Below are positions 26,482 to 40,163 of a DNA stretch of 64,000 bases, piece after piece (within the stretch, counting starts at the first letter, position 1; each line of letters opens with the position of its first letter). Source of the stretch: the human T2T-CHM13v2.0 reference genome, Homo sapiens. The notes below the pieces were generated by a model, which saw nothing but the letters and a program-made list of their open reading frames with translations, ran no database searches and had not been told where the DNA came from. The stretch lies in assembly GCF_009914755.1 (NCBI RefSeq), contig NC_060945.1. One strand, given 5' to 3'. Position numbers and translations under genes: made by a program.

Positions 26482-27109
26482 GTAAGAGTAATGCTGTTAT
26501 TAGGATTGTGACTACAATATTAGTCGTTCTCTTGGTCATTTTCCTGACTTTGGGGTATATATGTATGCTTAAGTCAATAGTGTCTGCAGAATATCTTTAT
26601 TTGTCTAGCAATTTTTAGTTTAACTTTGAATTTTAGGGATCTTTAAAATTATACCTTTGTGCTATTTTGAGTTTCATGGAAAATTATTAGAAAGGTGTGC
26701 TATTCCTCCTAGCCAGAGTTTCCCTAACAGAGCCAATACAGATGGAATCCTGTTGACGGCATTAAAGGCAAGACTATTTAACGAAGAGAGCTAAACTAAC
26801 ATAGAAAAGTGCCAGGAATCTTTTAACTGAGCATAAGAGAAAATACTCCGGAGTTATAATGCTTGAGTTGCTGAGCAATGAGACTTGCTGAATAAGGCCA
26901 GTGGAAACTTATCAAACACATCACTATTATAATGCAGAAAGTCTATTCAAATGAGCATACACATATACACAATATATCCATGTGTGAATGTATATCCATA
27001 TATACACATATACTGATATATATTCATGTGTGTATGTGTATATATGGATTACATTCTTATATAACATACATCCCAGATGAAATGTATATGCATATATACA
27101 CATATATTG

Positions 27110-27161
27110 ATATATATTCGTGTGTGGATGTGTATATACACATCCACACACGAATATATAT
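27110..27161. repeat. Perfect 52-bp spacerless palindrome
   Basis: ATATATATTCGTGTGTGGATGTGTAT|ATACACATCCACACACGAATATATAT. Confidence 0.95.
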
Positions 27162-27360
27162 GAATATGTGTGTGTGTGTAAATCAAGGAACAAACAAACA
27201 CAGCGATGGTCTGTTTAGGAATTCTAAAGAGTCAAGAATAATTTAGCTTGAGTGAGATAGATATAGAGACAGATATAAATACAGATATTTTAATAGATAT
27301 CAACACCTACACATACATATGTCTATATACACATACATATATAAGTATAGATACATGTGC

Positions 27361-28110
<750 letters not shown>

Positions 28111-30088
28111 AATATATAGTACTTCTTGATAAAATTCTTGATATTAATTCTCTTGGAGATACAAGGGGAGGAGGTAAGGGTTTGGGGGAAGAAAATTCTG
28201 GCAGCCTGATGCTTAATTGATTGAATGGTGTGGGGAAGGAAAGCACATAAGATCTGCACATAAATTTAAATGACAACGCTAAAGGGTACCAGAAGTTGGA
28301 CTTGCTGTTTTATTCTTCTGGGACTCTTTAGGATTGACATTGTAATTTATGTGAAAGTTTCATGCCATCAACCCAAACCAATCAATTGGGTATCTCACTG
28401 ATTGTGCTATAACTTATTACTTCTTTGCTTGAGCTTACTGATAAAATCCATGTGTACTTCAAAATTAAAAGCCACTATAATGGAAACTGTTAGAACTCTT
28501 TATACACATGTTATATGTCTTTTTCAGTCTCTCAAGAAATTTGTATATTTGGAGAGAATCATAGAAATATATCATATTTGCTAGTATCCATTTACATGAA
28601 GGAGATAAATTTTCACAGCATTTATATCAAATACCTCAATTAAAAATGGTTTCATCTGGGATGTATGTTATATAAAAATATAATCCACAGTAAAATAAAT
28701 GATGTAGAATAAATAATTTTTATGATTTCATATATAAACAAGAGATCGCACAATGGCTTTCTTTTGGGGGCATACAGTTTCTTCACTATTGGTGGCTGCT
28801 GCTCATGCCTAATGATTTCTCCAGCTGCTCTGAGCATTTGACTATAAATAAATACTTTTCTCTGTTCCAAATTTATGCCAGTCTGTGCCATGAATATGTT
28901 AGCAGGGCTTCCTCCTGGGTTGTAACACACTAAGTACCAGCAATGCAATTAGCTTGACTCAGATACAGGAACCAGTTTACATATGACTCCTTCCCTTGTA
29001 AAACTCATGCTTTGCACAAGATAACAAGGAATGTGTGATTTGCTAGAATATGACTCTTGGTTTCTAACATCAGCACACACAGCTAATTCCTCCCTTTAGA
29101 TATTTTTCATAATTTAAAAATATCTATATAGTACAGAGGAATTAAGATAGTTTCAGTGAAGTACAACTCAAGTTTGGACAGGGAGAGGAAAAGATATGTT
29201 GACAGTGGGCAGGCTGATTGTGAATTTGCATATTACCTTTCAGTATGTTGGTCATTACTCAAGGTCCAAAAGGAAAATATACTGTGAGAATCAGCCTGAT
29301 TAACAACTCAACTTCTACAGAGCATTAAATCTGTCTATGATTTTATTCCCAAAAGAATGAATTTCCTTTGAGGAAAGCTGGCATGGCTGGCCCATGGGAC
29401 TCTATCAGAAGACTTAGGAGACTCTATTGCAGCCCACAAATAATTTTACAAGTTCCCCGGGGAGGCATGATAACTCAACTGTCATATGCAACACACTCAA
29501 ACTGAGTTTTTCTTGACTCACAAGAATCCCTAAACAGATTAAGCCTGTTTTTGTTTTTTTCTTTTCTTTTTACTGCTTAATTCATGCAAGGAAAAGTACT
29601 CATTCACTCTATCTAAGAGATTAATCTCTTTCTTCCAATTTTCTGATTATTTTTGACCCTTTTAACTTTTTTTTTATTCACTGTGCCCTTAGCTTTTACA
29701 CTGTAGTGGGAAAAGTCAATCAAATAAAATCATGCTGGCAGACACAAGTAGCGCCATATCAAAAATCATGCTTAAAGAAAATAACATTTCTTATGTTAGT
29801 GCTGATGAAATTTATAGTTAGCAGTCCATGCACAATTTGTTTGCTGAGAAATATGTGGCAACACACCAACATATCAAATTGTAAAAAATTCTGATTTGTT
29901 TTTCACCTTCACTTTATTATCAGCAGGAAAAAGTAATGGAGATTAAAGAGTATATAACAAAATTGAGGTGGGGATATACAAGTTACACACAGAGAAATAC
30001 TCTAGTTTATGTATATATATATACATATACACACACACACACTAGTTATGTGTATATATATACATATACACATATATATATATATATA

Positions 30089-30366
30089 TGGAGTTTTTCT
30101 CTTGTTGCCCAGGCTGGCATGCAATGGCACAATATCAGCTCACTGCAACCTCTGACTCCTGCGTCCAAGCGATTCTCCTGCCTCAGCCTCCTGAGTAGCT
30201 GAGATTACTGGCATACGCCACCATGCCCAGCTAACTTTTTGTATTTAGTAGAGACAGGGTTACGTCATGTTGGTCAGGCTGGTCTTGAACTCCTAACCTC
30301 AGGCAATCCACCCGCCTCAGCCTCCCAAAGTGCTGGGATTACAGGCTTGAGCCACCGCACCCAGCC
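30089..30366 (-). mobile_element. AluSp-like; tail replaced by TA/CA microsatellite
   Basis: CTCTTGTTGCCCAGGCTGG and CATGTTGGTCAGGCTGG diagnostics. Confidence 0.9.
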
Positions 30367-30369
30367 ATA

Positions 30370-30662
<293 letters not shown>

Positions 30663-31656
30663 CAGTTATGTAATTTTAAAAGGGAATGAGAAACTTTAGA
30701 AACTTAGATGTATGTGATAGAGAATAAACATGTATAAAGTAACATGCTTTCTGGCAATAATTGTGTGTTATTGTTTGTGTTATTCTTTAAAATGTATCTT
30801 ATAAATGTTCACAGTTTATAGGTCAAATGTTTGCATTGCAAATAAGTAAACACTGGCTTCATACTTTTTAAAATATTATAGCAGAGTCAGATTTAAATTT
30901 TCCTCAGACCTTTGTTTCAGAATAATTTGGTAGCTAATAAAGTATGTGCATGTTTATTATTTGATTGTTTATAATTCATTTCCTTTTATGTCAATATGTC
31001 ACAAATAATCCTCATCTTTCCATTTTTAAATAGGCACATAATTGCTTAGAATTTGAATACCTACATCACCTTTAGCCCAAACAGTATTGGAAAAGCTGCT
31101 TTAAGTTAATCATCACAGATCACAGTGGCCACCATCAAAACTTTGGAAGGAAAGATAAATAATGACAAGTGAAAATATGATTAAATCTTTTCTGGAATTT
31201 GAAGGAATAAAAATAGTTCAAACTATTATGGGTTGCATATAAATATATTTAATATTAATAATTGGCTATTAATTTAATTATAGCTTCTAGTAAAATTAGA
31301 AGTGTTACAAACACCTTTCAAACCAATGAAAAAGCTAGTCCTTTGACAAGATACAAAGCATGTAAAAAAGATTAAAATATGAAAAAAATGAAAGTATAGT
31401 CCAGTGAATCATATAGGTGAGAGGAATTAATTTACCTTTATAAATATAAAAATAAAATATATTCAACCGTTTCTCCTAATAAAATAAGTATACGTTCAAT
31501 ATGAGATGGGAAGTGGAAAACCCAGTTGCAAGCAGGACCTGTTTTGCACAGAACCATATTAACTGGAGCTTGAGCATATTGACAATGTATCCTCCAAATA
31601 TGACCAACGTTTAATTCACATAGTATTGCATTGAATAAAGACTACCTGTGTTCACC

Positions 31657-33894
31657 AGATAAACAGAATTAAAAACAAAAAACACCTGATCTTCTCAATA
31701 GATGCAGAAAAGGCTTTTGATAAAATTGAACATCTCTTTATGTTAAAAACCCTCAACAAATGAGGTATTGAAAGAACATATCTCAAAATAATAAAAGCCG
31801 TCTATGACAAACCCACAGCCAACATCATATTGAATGAGCCAACGCTGAAAGTATTCTCCTGTTCTCCTTGAGAACTGGAACAAGACAAGGGTGCTAACTC
31901 TCATCATTGCTATTCAGTATAATACTAGTAAGTCCTAGCCAGAGCAATCAAGCAAGAGAAAAAAAAAAAGGAATCCAAATAGCAGGAGAGTAAATCATAC
32001 TATCTGTCTTCACAAGTGATGTAATTCTGTACCAAGAAAACCCCACAGACTCTAGCAAAAGGCTCCTAGAACTGATAAATGACGTCAGTAAAGTTTCAGA
32101 ATACAAAATCAATGTAAAAAATCAGTAGGATTTCTATTCACAAATAACATCCAAGCAGAGAGCCAAATCAAGAAAGTACTCCCATTTACAAATGGGAAAA
32201 GAATAAAATATCTAGAAATGCAGCTAATCCAGGAGGTGAAATATCTCTACCATAAGAATTACAAAACACTGCTGAAAGAAATCATAGATAACACAAACAA
32301 ATGGAAAAGCATCCCAAGCTCATGGATAGAAGGAGTCAATATTGTTAAAATGGCATAAGACGCAGAATTTAAAGATTCAATGTTATTTCTAACAAACTAA
32401 CAATGTCATTGTTCACAGAATTAGAAAAGAAAACTATTCTGAAATTTATATAGAATCAAAAAAGATCCTGAATAGCCGAAGCTACCTAACTTCAAACTAT
32501 AGTATCAGGCTACAGTAAGTAAAACAGCATGTACTGGTACAACAACAGATATATAGACCAATGGAACAGGTGAGAGAACTACGACTATCTGATCTTCAAC
32601 AAAGTTGATAATAACAAGCAATGGGAAATGACTCCCTATTCAATAAATTGTGCTGGGATAACTGGCTAGCCATGTGCCAAATATAGAAAAGGACTTCTTC
32701 CTTTCACCATATACAAAAATCAACCCAAGATTGATACAATACTTTAATGTAAAATAAAAAACTGTAAAACTCTAGAAGAAAATGTAGAAACACCATCTGG
32801 ACATCAGCCTGGGCAGAGAATTTATGACTAAGTCCTCAAAAGTAATTTCAACAAAAATAAACATTGACAAGTACTACCTAATTAAAGAGCTTTTGCACAG
32901 CAAAATAAACTATCAACACAATAAACAGACAACTTATAGAATGAAAGAAAATATTTGCCAACTTTGCATCTGACAGAAGTCTAATATCCAGAACTTACAA
33001 GGAACTTAAACAATTTGACAAGCAAAAAAGAAATGACCCCATTGAAAAATGGGCAAAAGACATGAACACACACTTCTCTAAAGAAGATGTACATGAGACC
33101 AGCAAATACATGAAAAAATTCTCAACATCACTTCTCATTAGAGAAATGCAAATTAAAACCACAATGAGATAGCAACTCAAACCAGTCACAATGGCTATTA
33201 CTTAAAACGTTTAAAAATACCAGATGTTGGCAAGCTTGCAGAGAAAAGGGGGGCACATTTACACACTGCTGGTGGGAATGCAAATTATTTCAGCCATTGT
33301 GGAAAACATTATGGGGATTTCTCATAGGACTTAATACAAAGCTGTTGTTCAACCCAGAAATCCCACTACTGGGTATATACCCAAATGAAAATAAATCATT
33401 CTCCCAAAAAGATACATGCAGTTTTATGTTTATCACAGCACTATTCACAACAGCCAAGACATGGAATCAACCTAGATGCCCGCCAGTGGTGGACTGGATA
33501 AAGAAAATGTGTTACATATACACCATGGAATATAATGCAGCCATAAGAAACCGTAAGATTGTGTCCTTTGCAGCAACATGGATGAAGCTGGAGGCCATTA
33601 TCCTAGGTTAATTAATGTAGAAACAGAAAACCAAATACTGCATGTTCTTACTTTAAGATGGAGCTAAACTTTAAGTATACATGGACACAAAGATGGAAAA
33701 AATAGACACTGGATACTAATTGAGGTGGAAAAGTGTGAGGGGGTTAGGTTTCAAAAACCCCCTATGGGGTACTATGCTCACTACCTGAGTGAAGGGATCA
33801 TTTGTTCACCAAATGTCAGTGACACACAATTTATCCTTGTAACAAACCTGCCCTTCTAGCCTCTGAACCTAAAATAAAAGTCAAGAAAAAAAAA
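31657..33894 (+). mobile_element. 5'-truncated L1PA16-like (decayed ORF2 RT to 3' UTR, poly-A)
   Basis: CTCAATAGATGCAGAAAAGGC RT region; ORF2-like 33297-33611 translation; 20-bp TSD AAAGACTA(C/T)CTG(T/C)GT(T/C)CACC. Confidence 0.92.
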
Positions 33895-34783
33895 AAAGAC
33901 TATCTGCGTCCACCTTTTTTTTTTTATCAGCCTCTGGGTAAAAAGTACACATGAATTTTAAAACTAAATATTTAAAAATATACGCCTGGAAAATATTTAC
34001 AAATAAAGAGAGGTAACAATATTAAGACCATCCAAAATAATATTAACCAAATGGTAAAAGTGGACTGTTTATACCCATCAGAATTTAGCCATAAGCACTT
34101 TGGTAAAAACACAGCTAAGTAAACAAACCCTGAGAGAAACAAGAAAGAATCAAGAGAAACACTGCCATTTGGTCTTTGTCAAACAATTTAAATAAAATAA
34201 ATTGTACATGAATGAATCATGTTATAAGTAAGGTTGATTTAAGTGCTATCAGTAAACATATCCCATAAAGACAACATACATTCTTTCATTCAGTCAATAA
34301 GAATCGAAAGTCATTTGTCACACAAAATACTCTTGGTAATCTGTAAAATCAAGAAAATCAAACCATACTGGAAATGAATGATCAGACTCCAGTACTCCTA
34401 AATATTCTTTCCTATTTTTGAGATTTGAGGAACATTAGATATTTTCTACACTTTTTAGGTTTTAAATTTTTGTCATGTTCTATTTTCTGTTCTTTTAGTT
34501 GGAAAATGAACCGATTCCTGTTACCTCATCTCACCTCCTTGTTTCTTTCACTTTAGCTCAAAGTAGTCAGTAATGATCACTCCATATTTCTAATAATCTG
34601 TTTTCCAACCGCATTCCCAAGTGTAGAAACTCCATAAACCCCAAATTCAATATAAAATATGATAGTTTTATAAAATGTTTTTACATTGCATAACATGGAT
34701 CTATTAAGATGATTTCTATATTCCTGTTTTGATAGGAGGAAACACAAGACCTCTGATTAGAGAACAGGCCACTTATTACTTAC

Positions 34784-34948
34784 AGAGCATTATGTGTCCA
34801 TTTATCAGGTACATTTCTTCACAGGATGATGTGGTGTGAGCCACATGTTCACCTGTGTTTGCAGTAGTTGCACAGCAGGAGAGGACCTCCAAAATTATGA
34901 AAAGCAGTGCTGATGTAGAATAAGTAGCACAACTTTCCATCCCCCTCG
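34784..34948 (-). other. Candidate 165-nt internal exon, open in phase 1-1
   Basis: Acceptor (T)15CCAG|; donor TCT|GTAAGT; GGGGGATGG Kozak-like ATG at 34940; unique sequence. Confidence 0.5.
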
Positions 34949-35120
34949 CTGGAAAAAAAAAAAAAAAGGTACTCCGTAAGATAATAACCAAGTCACTGTC
35001 ATCCTCAGTGCCAGGATTCCAAGGTTGTAAGGAGAATCAAAACACAGCAGGGTGATGGAGAAATAGAAATAAATTTTCTGTGGCTGAGTTTATGAACCAG
35101 GCATAAAAAGAGTACACAAG

Positions 35121-35121
35121 A

Positions 35122-35167
<46 letters not shown>

Positions 35168-35180
35168 GATAGATAGATAT
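35121..35180. repeat. (TATC)11 STR followed by inverted (AGAT)3
   Basis: Direct reading. Confidence 0.95.
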
Positions 35181-36053
35181 ACATACAGTGAAGAGAAATA
35201 AGTCACATTGTCATAGTCAACTAAAGGACAACCTTAAAAATGTGGTCTTGCTGTGTTTTCACAGGGAAAAGGGAAGGGTTTGTCTAACATTCATCCAGTC
35301 TCTGCTCCCACATTTACCATATTCTATGTCTATTCTCAATATCAGTTTTGGAATGAAATACAAAATCAACCTTGTTAGCTGGTGATTTCTCAGTATTTCC
35401 TCCACCTACATTTGCTTTTTCAACTTTCAATTGAGCTAGTTTCATCAAATCGTAAAGCTTTTTACAGATGAGGATTTTTTTTACATTTTTAAACAATATT
35501 AAATATTCTAATGGCATTTTTCAATTTCTTAAATTGATTTCCTATTTTTTCTCAAAAATTAGGATACTTTATAAAATCTTTATGTTTGTCTATAAGATTA
35601 GAATTATCTTATATAGGAATACATTATCCTTTCTTTTTCTCAATAACCTTGTAAATTAACATTGATATAAAATGTTCAAATGCAAAAAAGAAGTACTTTG
35701 AAATTTAGGTACATATTATAAATATATTTTTAATAACTCAGAGAAACGTCCACAAATGCAAAGATGAAAATCATTTTCAGCTATTGGAGAACCTATGCTG
35801 AATACAGTTCAACAAATATTTATCATTTACGATTTTATAGTAGGGAAAAATAGCATTATGAAGATGATTGATCCTTAGAATGAATGAATAAATGAGTGAC
35901 TGAATGAATGAAAGGCAGTCTGGTGGCTCAACAGGATGCTTATCTAAGTTGAGGGCATGCATAGACCCTGGGCTAAGGTGGAGGATCCAGAAAGGCTGTT
36001 CCAAGCAGGAAAGTTGTCCACACTAAATGTGCAATTTGGATAGACACAGTTAA

Positions 36054-36476
<423 letters not shown>

Positions 36477-36549
36477 TAACCAAACAGTACTTTCGTTCTT
36501 TAGCAGAAATATACTAAGGTTACTTGAATTGTTAGAGAGTCAGGTACAT

Positions 36550-36808
36550 AACACCCAAACACAATGTAACATTCTGGATAAGATTCAGGAAAAGGCAAAG
36601 GACATTGGATTAAAACAAAGAAAATCTGAATAAACTACAGACATTAGTTAATAATAGTGCATGAATATTGGTTCATTAATTGTAATAAACATGTTATACT
36701 AATGTAAGATATTAATAATAGGAGAAACTAAAAGTGAGGTGTATGGAGGGTTTCTATGCTATCTTTTTAATTTATCAGTAGATTTAAAACTGTTTTTAAA
36801 AATTAAAA
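36550..36808 (+). mobile_element. L1MC/L1MD-like 3' end
   Basis: AATATTGGTTCATTAATTGTAATAAA...TAATGTAAGATATTAATAATAGG. Confidence 0.75.
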
Positions 36809-37840
36809 CTGTTCTAAGACATAAAGCTTTTCTAAAATTATGCAATTTGTGTAATTATGAACTATTACACATACTTGGCTGAAATGTTCCCATGAATCAA
36901 ACTGCTGACCTAATGTAGCAGAGCAAAATTTTGAAATACTGTATAACCACAACCAAATATAAAAATGCTTACAACAATAATCACAGAAATCATCATTATC
37001 ATTATTAAGGTCATAATAGAAGAAAGTAAAACTAGTGCTGGGTGACACCTGAGAATTCAAGTGAGAGTAAAAAAAAAAAGTTTGTTAATACTGAATGGAC
37101 TGTGCTAACTTCTATAGTTTCTTACAAAAAGCAAAACAAAACAAAACAAAACAAACCCACAAATATAACCCTGCTGCTTAAACTTACAATTATTTGCTAT
37201 GTCAAATAGAATCCTATGTATTGAAGACAAAGAGATTGAACATATTTCAATCAATGGGAAAATCTGTCAACACTTTTTCTCAGCTTCAAGAATAACAACC
37301 GGTTTATAGGAGAAAAACACATCTTATATGTGGATACACAATCCTGAGGAAGAAATCCTGTCAATAACGTCTCCTAACACCTCTCCTACTGCCTAATTTA
37401 ATTCAAATAAATAGGACGATACAAATTTATATAGCAGATAGGGCATAAGTGTGAGATGTCAGAGTAGGAGTATAGTATAAATATGGATCTTTTAAAATTG
37501 AAAATGTTCTTTGAAAGGAAATTATAAAATTTACCACGGAATGCCTAGTTTCTACCAGGGATTTTAAAATATTTATTACAACAAAAAATTGGAGTTATGG
37601 TGCTCATTTTGGAAACTATTCAGGTTTACAACTTGACTCACTGGCATCAAGCTTTGTAAATGTCTTATCCATGCCCCATTAGCATATCCTAGGGTTCACC
37701 TGCGGTTATGTAATGAGCTCCCATTTATGCCAAGAGCTTCCTGTTACAACTACCTCGTCCTTCTTCCTGAAAGCATCTCTGGTTCTGAGAAGTACAGAAG
37801 TTTAATAGAATTTCAGAAGTCATCTTCAAAAATGAAAGCG

Positions 37841-39735
37841 GCTGTAATTCCTTCTTTTTATATCTGATTTTATTTCTTTGAACCTTCTATCTTTTATTCT
37901 TAGGCTACAGGTTTGTTGATTTTGTTTATCTTTTCCAAAAAATTAATTCTTCTTAGATTTTGTATTGCTTATTTTTTCTCTACGTTGTTTATTTCTGCTC
38001 TGATCTTTATCATTTCTTTTCTTCTATTAATTTTGGTTTTAGTTTGCTCTTGTTTTTCTAATTCCTTTAGATGTGATATTTGGTTGTTTATTTGAGATTT
38101 TTCTCTTTAATTGATGTAGGCATTTGTTGATATGAAATTCCCTCTCAGAATGGCCCTTGCTGTACCCTATAGGTTTTGGTATGTTGTGTTTCTATTCCAA
38201 TTTGTCTCAATAAATTTTTAAATTTCATTTTTAATTATTTCATTGACACATTGGTCCAAGAGCTTGTAGTTTAATTTCTATGTATTTCAAAATTTTACAA
38301 AATAGTGTTTTTGTTTTCTAGTTTTATATCATTGTGGTCAGAAAATACACTTGACATGACTTCAACCTTCTTAAATTTATTAAGACTTGCTTTGTGACCT
38401 GTAATTTGACTTTTCCTTAAGAAATTGTTCCATGTGCACTTCAGAGAAACGTGTATTCTGCTGCTATTGGATGAAATGTTCTGTAAATGTTTGTTAAGTC
38501 CATTTAATCTAGAGTGCAGTATGCATTCAATGTTTCTTTGTAGATTTTCTCTCTGGATAAATTACAACTGTCATTTTGTTGTTTTCTTGTGGTTTTGTGG
38601 ATTCTTTCTTCTTTTTCTTTCTTTCTTCTTCCCTTACTCTCTTCCTTTGGAATTAAGTGGCTTTCTTCAGTGGTTTGTTTTGATTTATTGCCTTTTGTTT
38701 TCAGTGTATCTATTACAAGTTTTTGCTTTGTGGTTACCGCCATCTTAAAAAAAATCTTATAACATGTAATTTTAAGTGGATAATAGCTTAATTTTGATTG
38801 CAAAAAATAAAAGCCATTAGATTTTAACCCCAGTCCAGACCCCTCCCAAACTTTTGAATTTATGGTGTCACAATTTACATTTTTTTGCTGCCTATCCCTT
38901 CAAAAGTTACTGTCATTATATTATACTTAATAGTTTTGTCTTTGAAACTTTGCACTAAATATATAAGTGATTAACACATCATTACAGTTTTAAATTAATC
39001 TGAATTTGACCTACTTTTACCAGCCAGTATTATACTTTCAAATGTTTTTGTGTTACTCACTAGCATTCTTTTCTTTCAATTTAAATAACTTTCTAGGCAC
39101 TTTTTTTTGTAAGACATGTTTGGTCATGATGAATTCTCCCAGCTGTTTTTGGGAAAACTGTTCTCACTTCTTCATGTGTGAAGGACAGATTTGCTGAATA
39201 AAGTGTTCTTAGTTGGTGGTGTTTTAGTTTCAGCACTTTGAAATATATTATTTCACTTTCTCCTGGCCTGTAAGCTTTCTCCTGAGAAATCTGTGATAGA
39301 CATATTGGCATTTCCTTCTATGTGGTGTATCTTATATCTTGCTGCTTTTCAGATTTTTTCTTTGTCTTTGATTGTTGGTAGTTTGACTATTAGATACATT
39401 AATATACTCCACTTAGTGCTGAATTTGATTGGAAACTCTTTGCTTCTTACAACTGAGTGTTCGCATTTATCCTCAGATGAGGAAACATTTTAGCCATTAT
39501 TTCTTTAAACATACTTTGTACCTCTTTTTACCTTTCTTCTAATTGTGGAACTCTCATTATGTAAGTTATCCTTTTCCTTTTTAAAATTTTTTTTTGCTCA
39601 TCTGAATGGATAATTTCAAACATTTTGTCTTCTGGCCCACTCATTCTTTCTTCTACTTGACCAAGTCTGCTGCTGAAGGTTTCTGTTGGCTTTTTTAGTT
39701 CAGTCATTGTATCATTTATCTCTAGAATTTCTATC
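37841..39735 (-). mobile_element. Inverted 5' segment of an L1MA element
   Basis: T-rich antisense L1 ORF1/ORF2 text; shares a TSD with the adjacent plus-strand segment. Confidence 0.85.
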
Positions 39736-40114
39736 TGAAAAAGGAGACGTTTTATCTGTTGTTACATAAATACAAAAGCTAATAAGAGAAAATTTGAACA
39801 TTTATATGCCAATAAATTAAATAATCTAGAAGAAATGGATAAGTTCCTGGAAACATACAACCTACCAATATCAAATCATGAAGAAATATTAAATCTGAAT
39901 CTATCAATAATGAGTAGCAAGATTGAATTTGTAGTGAAAAGTCACCCATCAAAAAAATCCCAAACTTCAAATCTTCACTGATGAATTCTACTGAATATTT
40001 AAAGATTAATTAATATCAATTCTACTCAAACTTTTCCAAAAATTATATAGGAGGGAATACTTTCAAACTTAGTATTTGAGGCCAGTATTACTCTAATATT
40101 AAAAGCAGACAAGG

Positions 40115-40163
<49 letters not shown>

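Noticed and set aside
26927-27246. 88- and 104-aa ORFs
   Set aside because: Low-complexity TA/CA tract translations
33297-33611. 104-aa ORF2-like ORF
   Set aside because: Residual frame in a decayed L1 with many stops and frameshifts upstream
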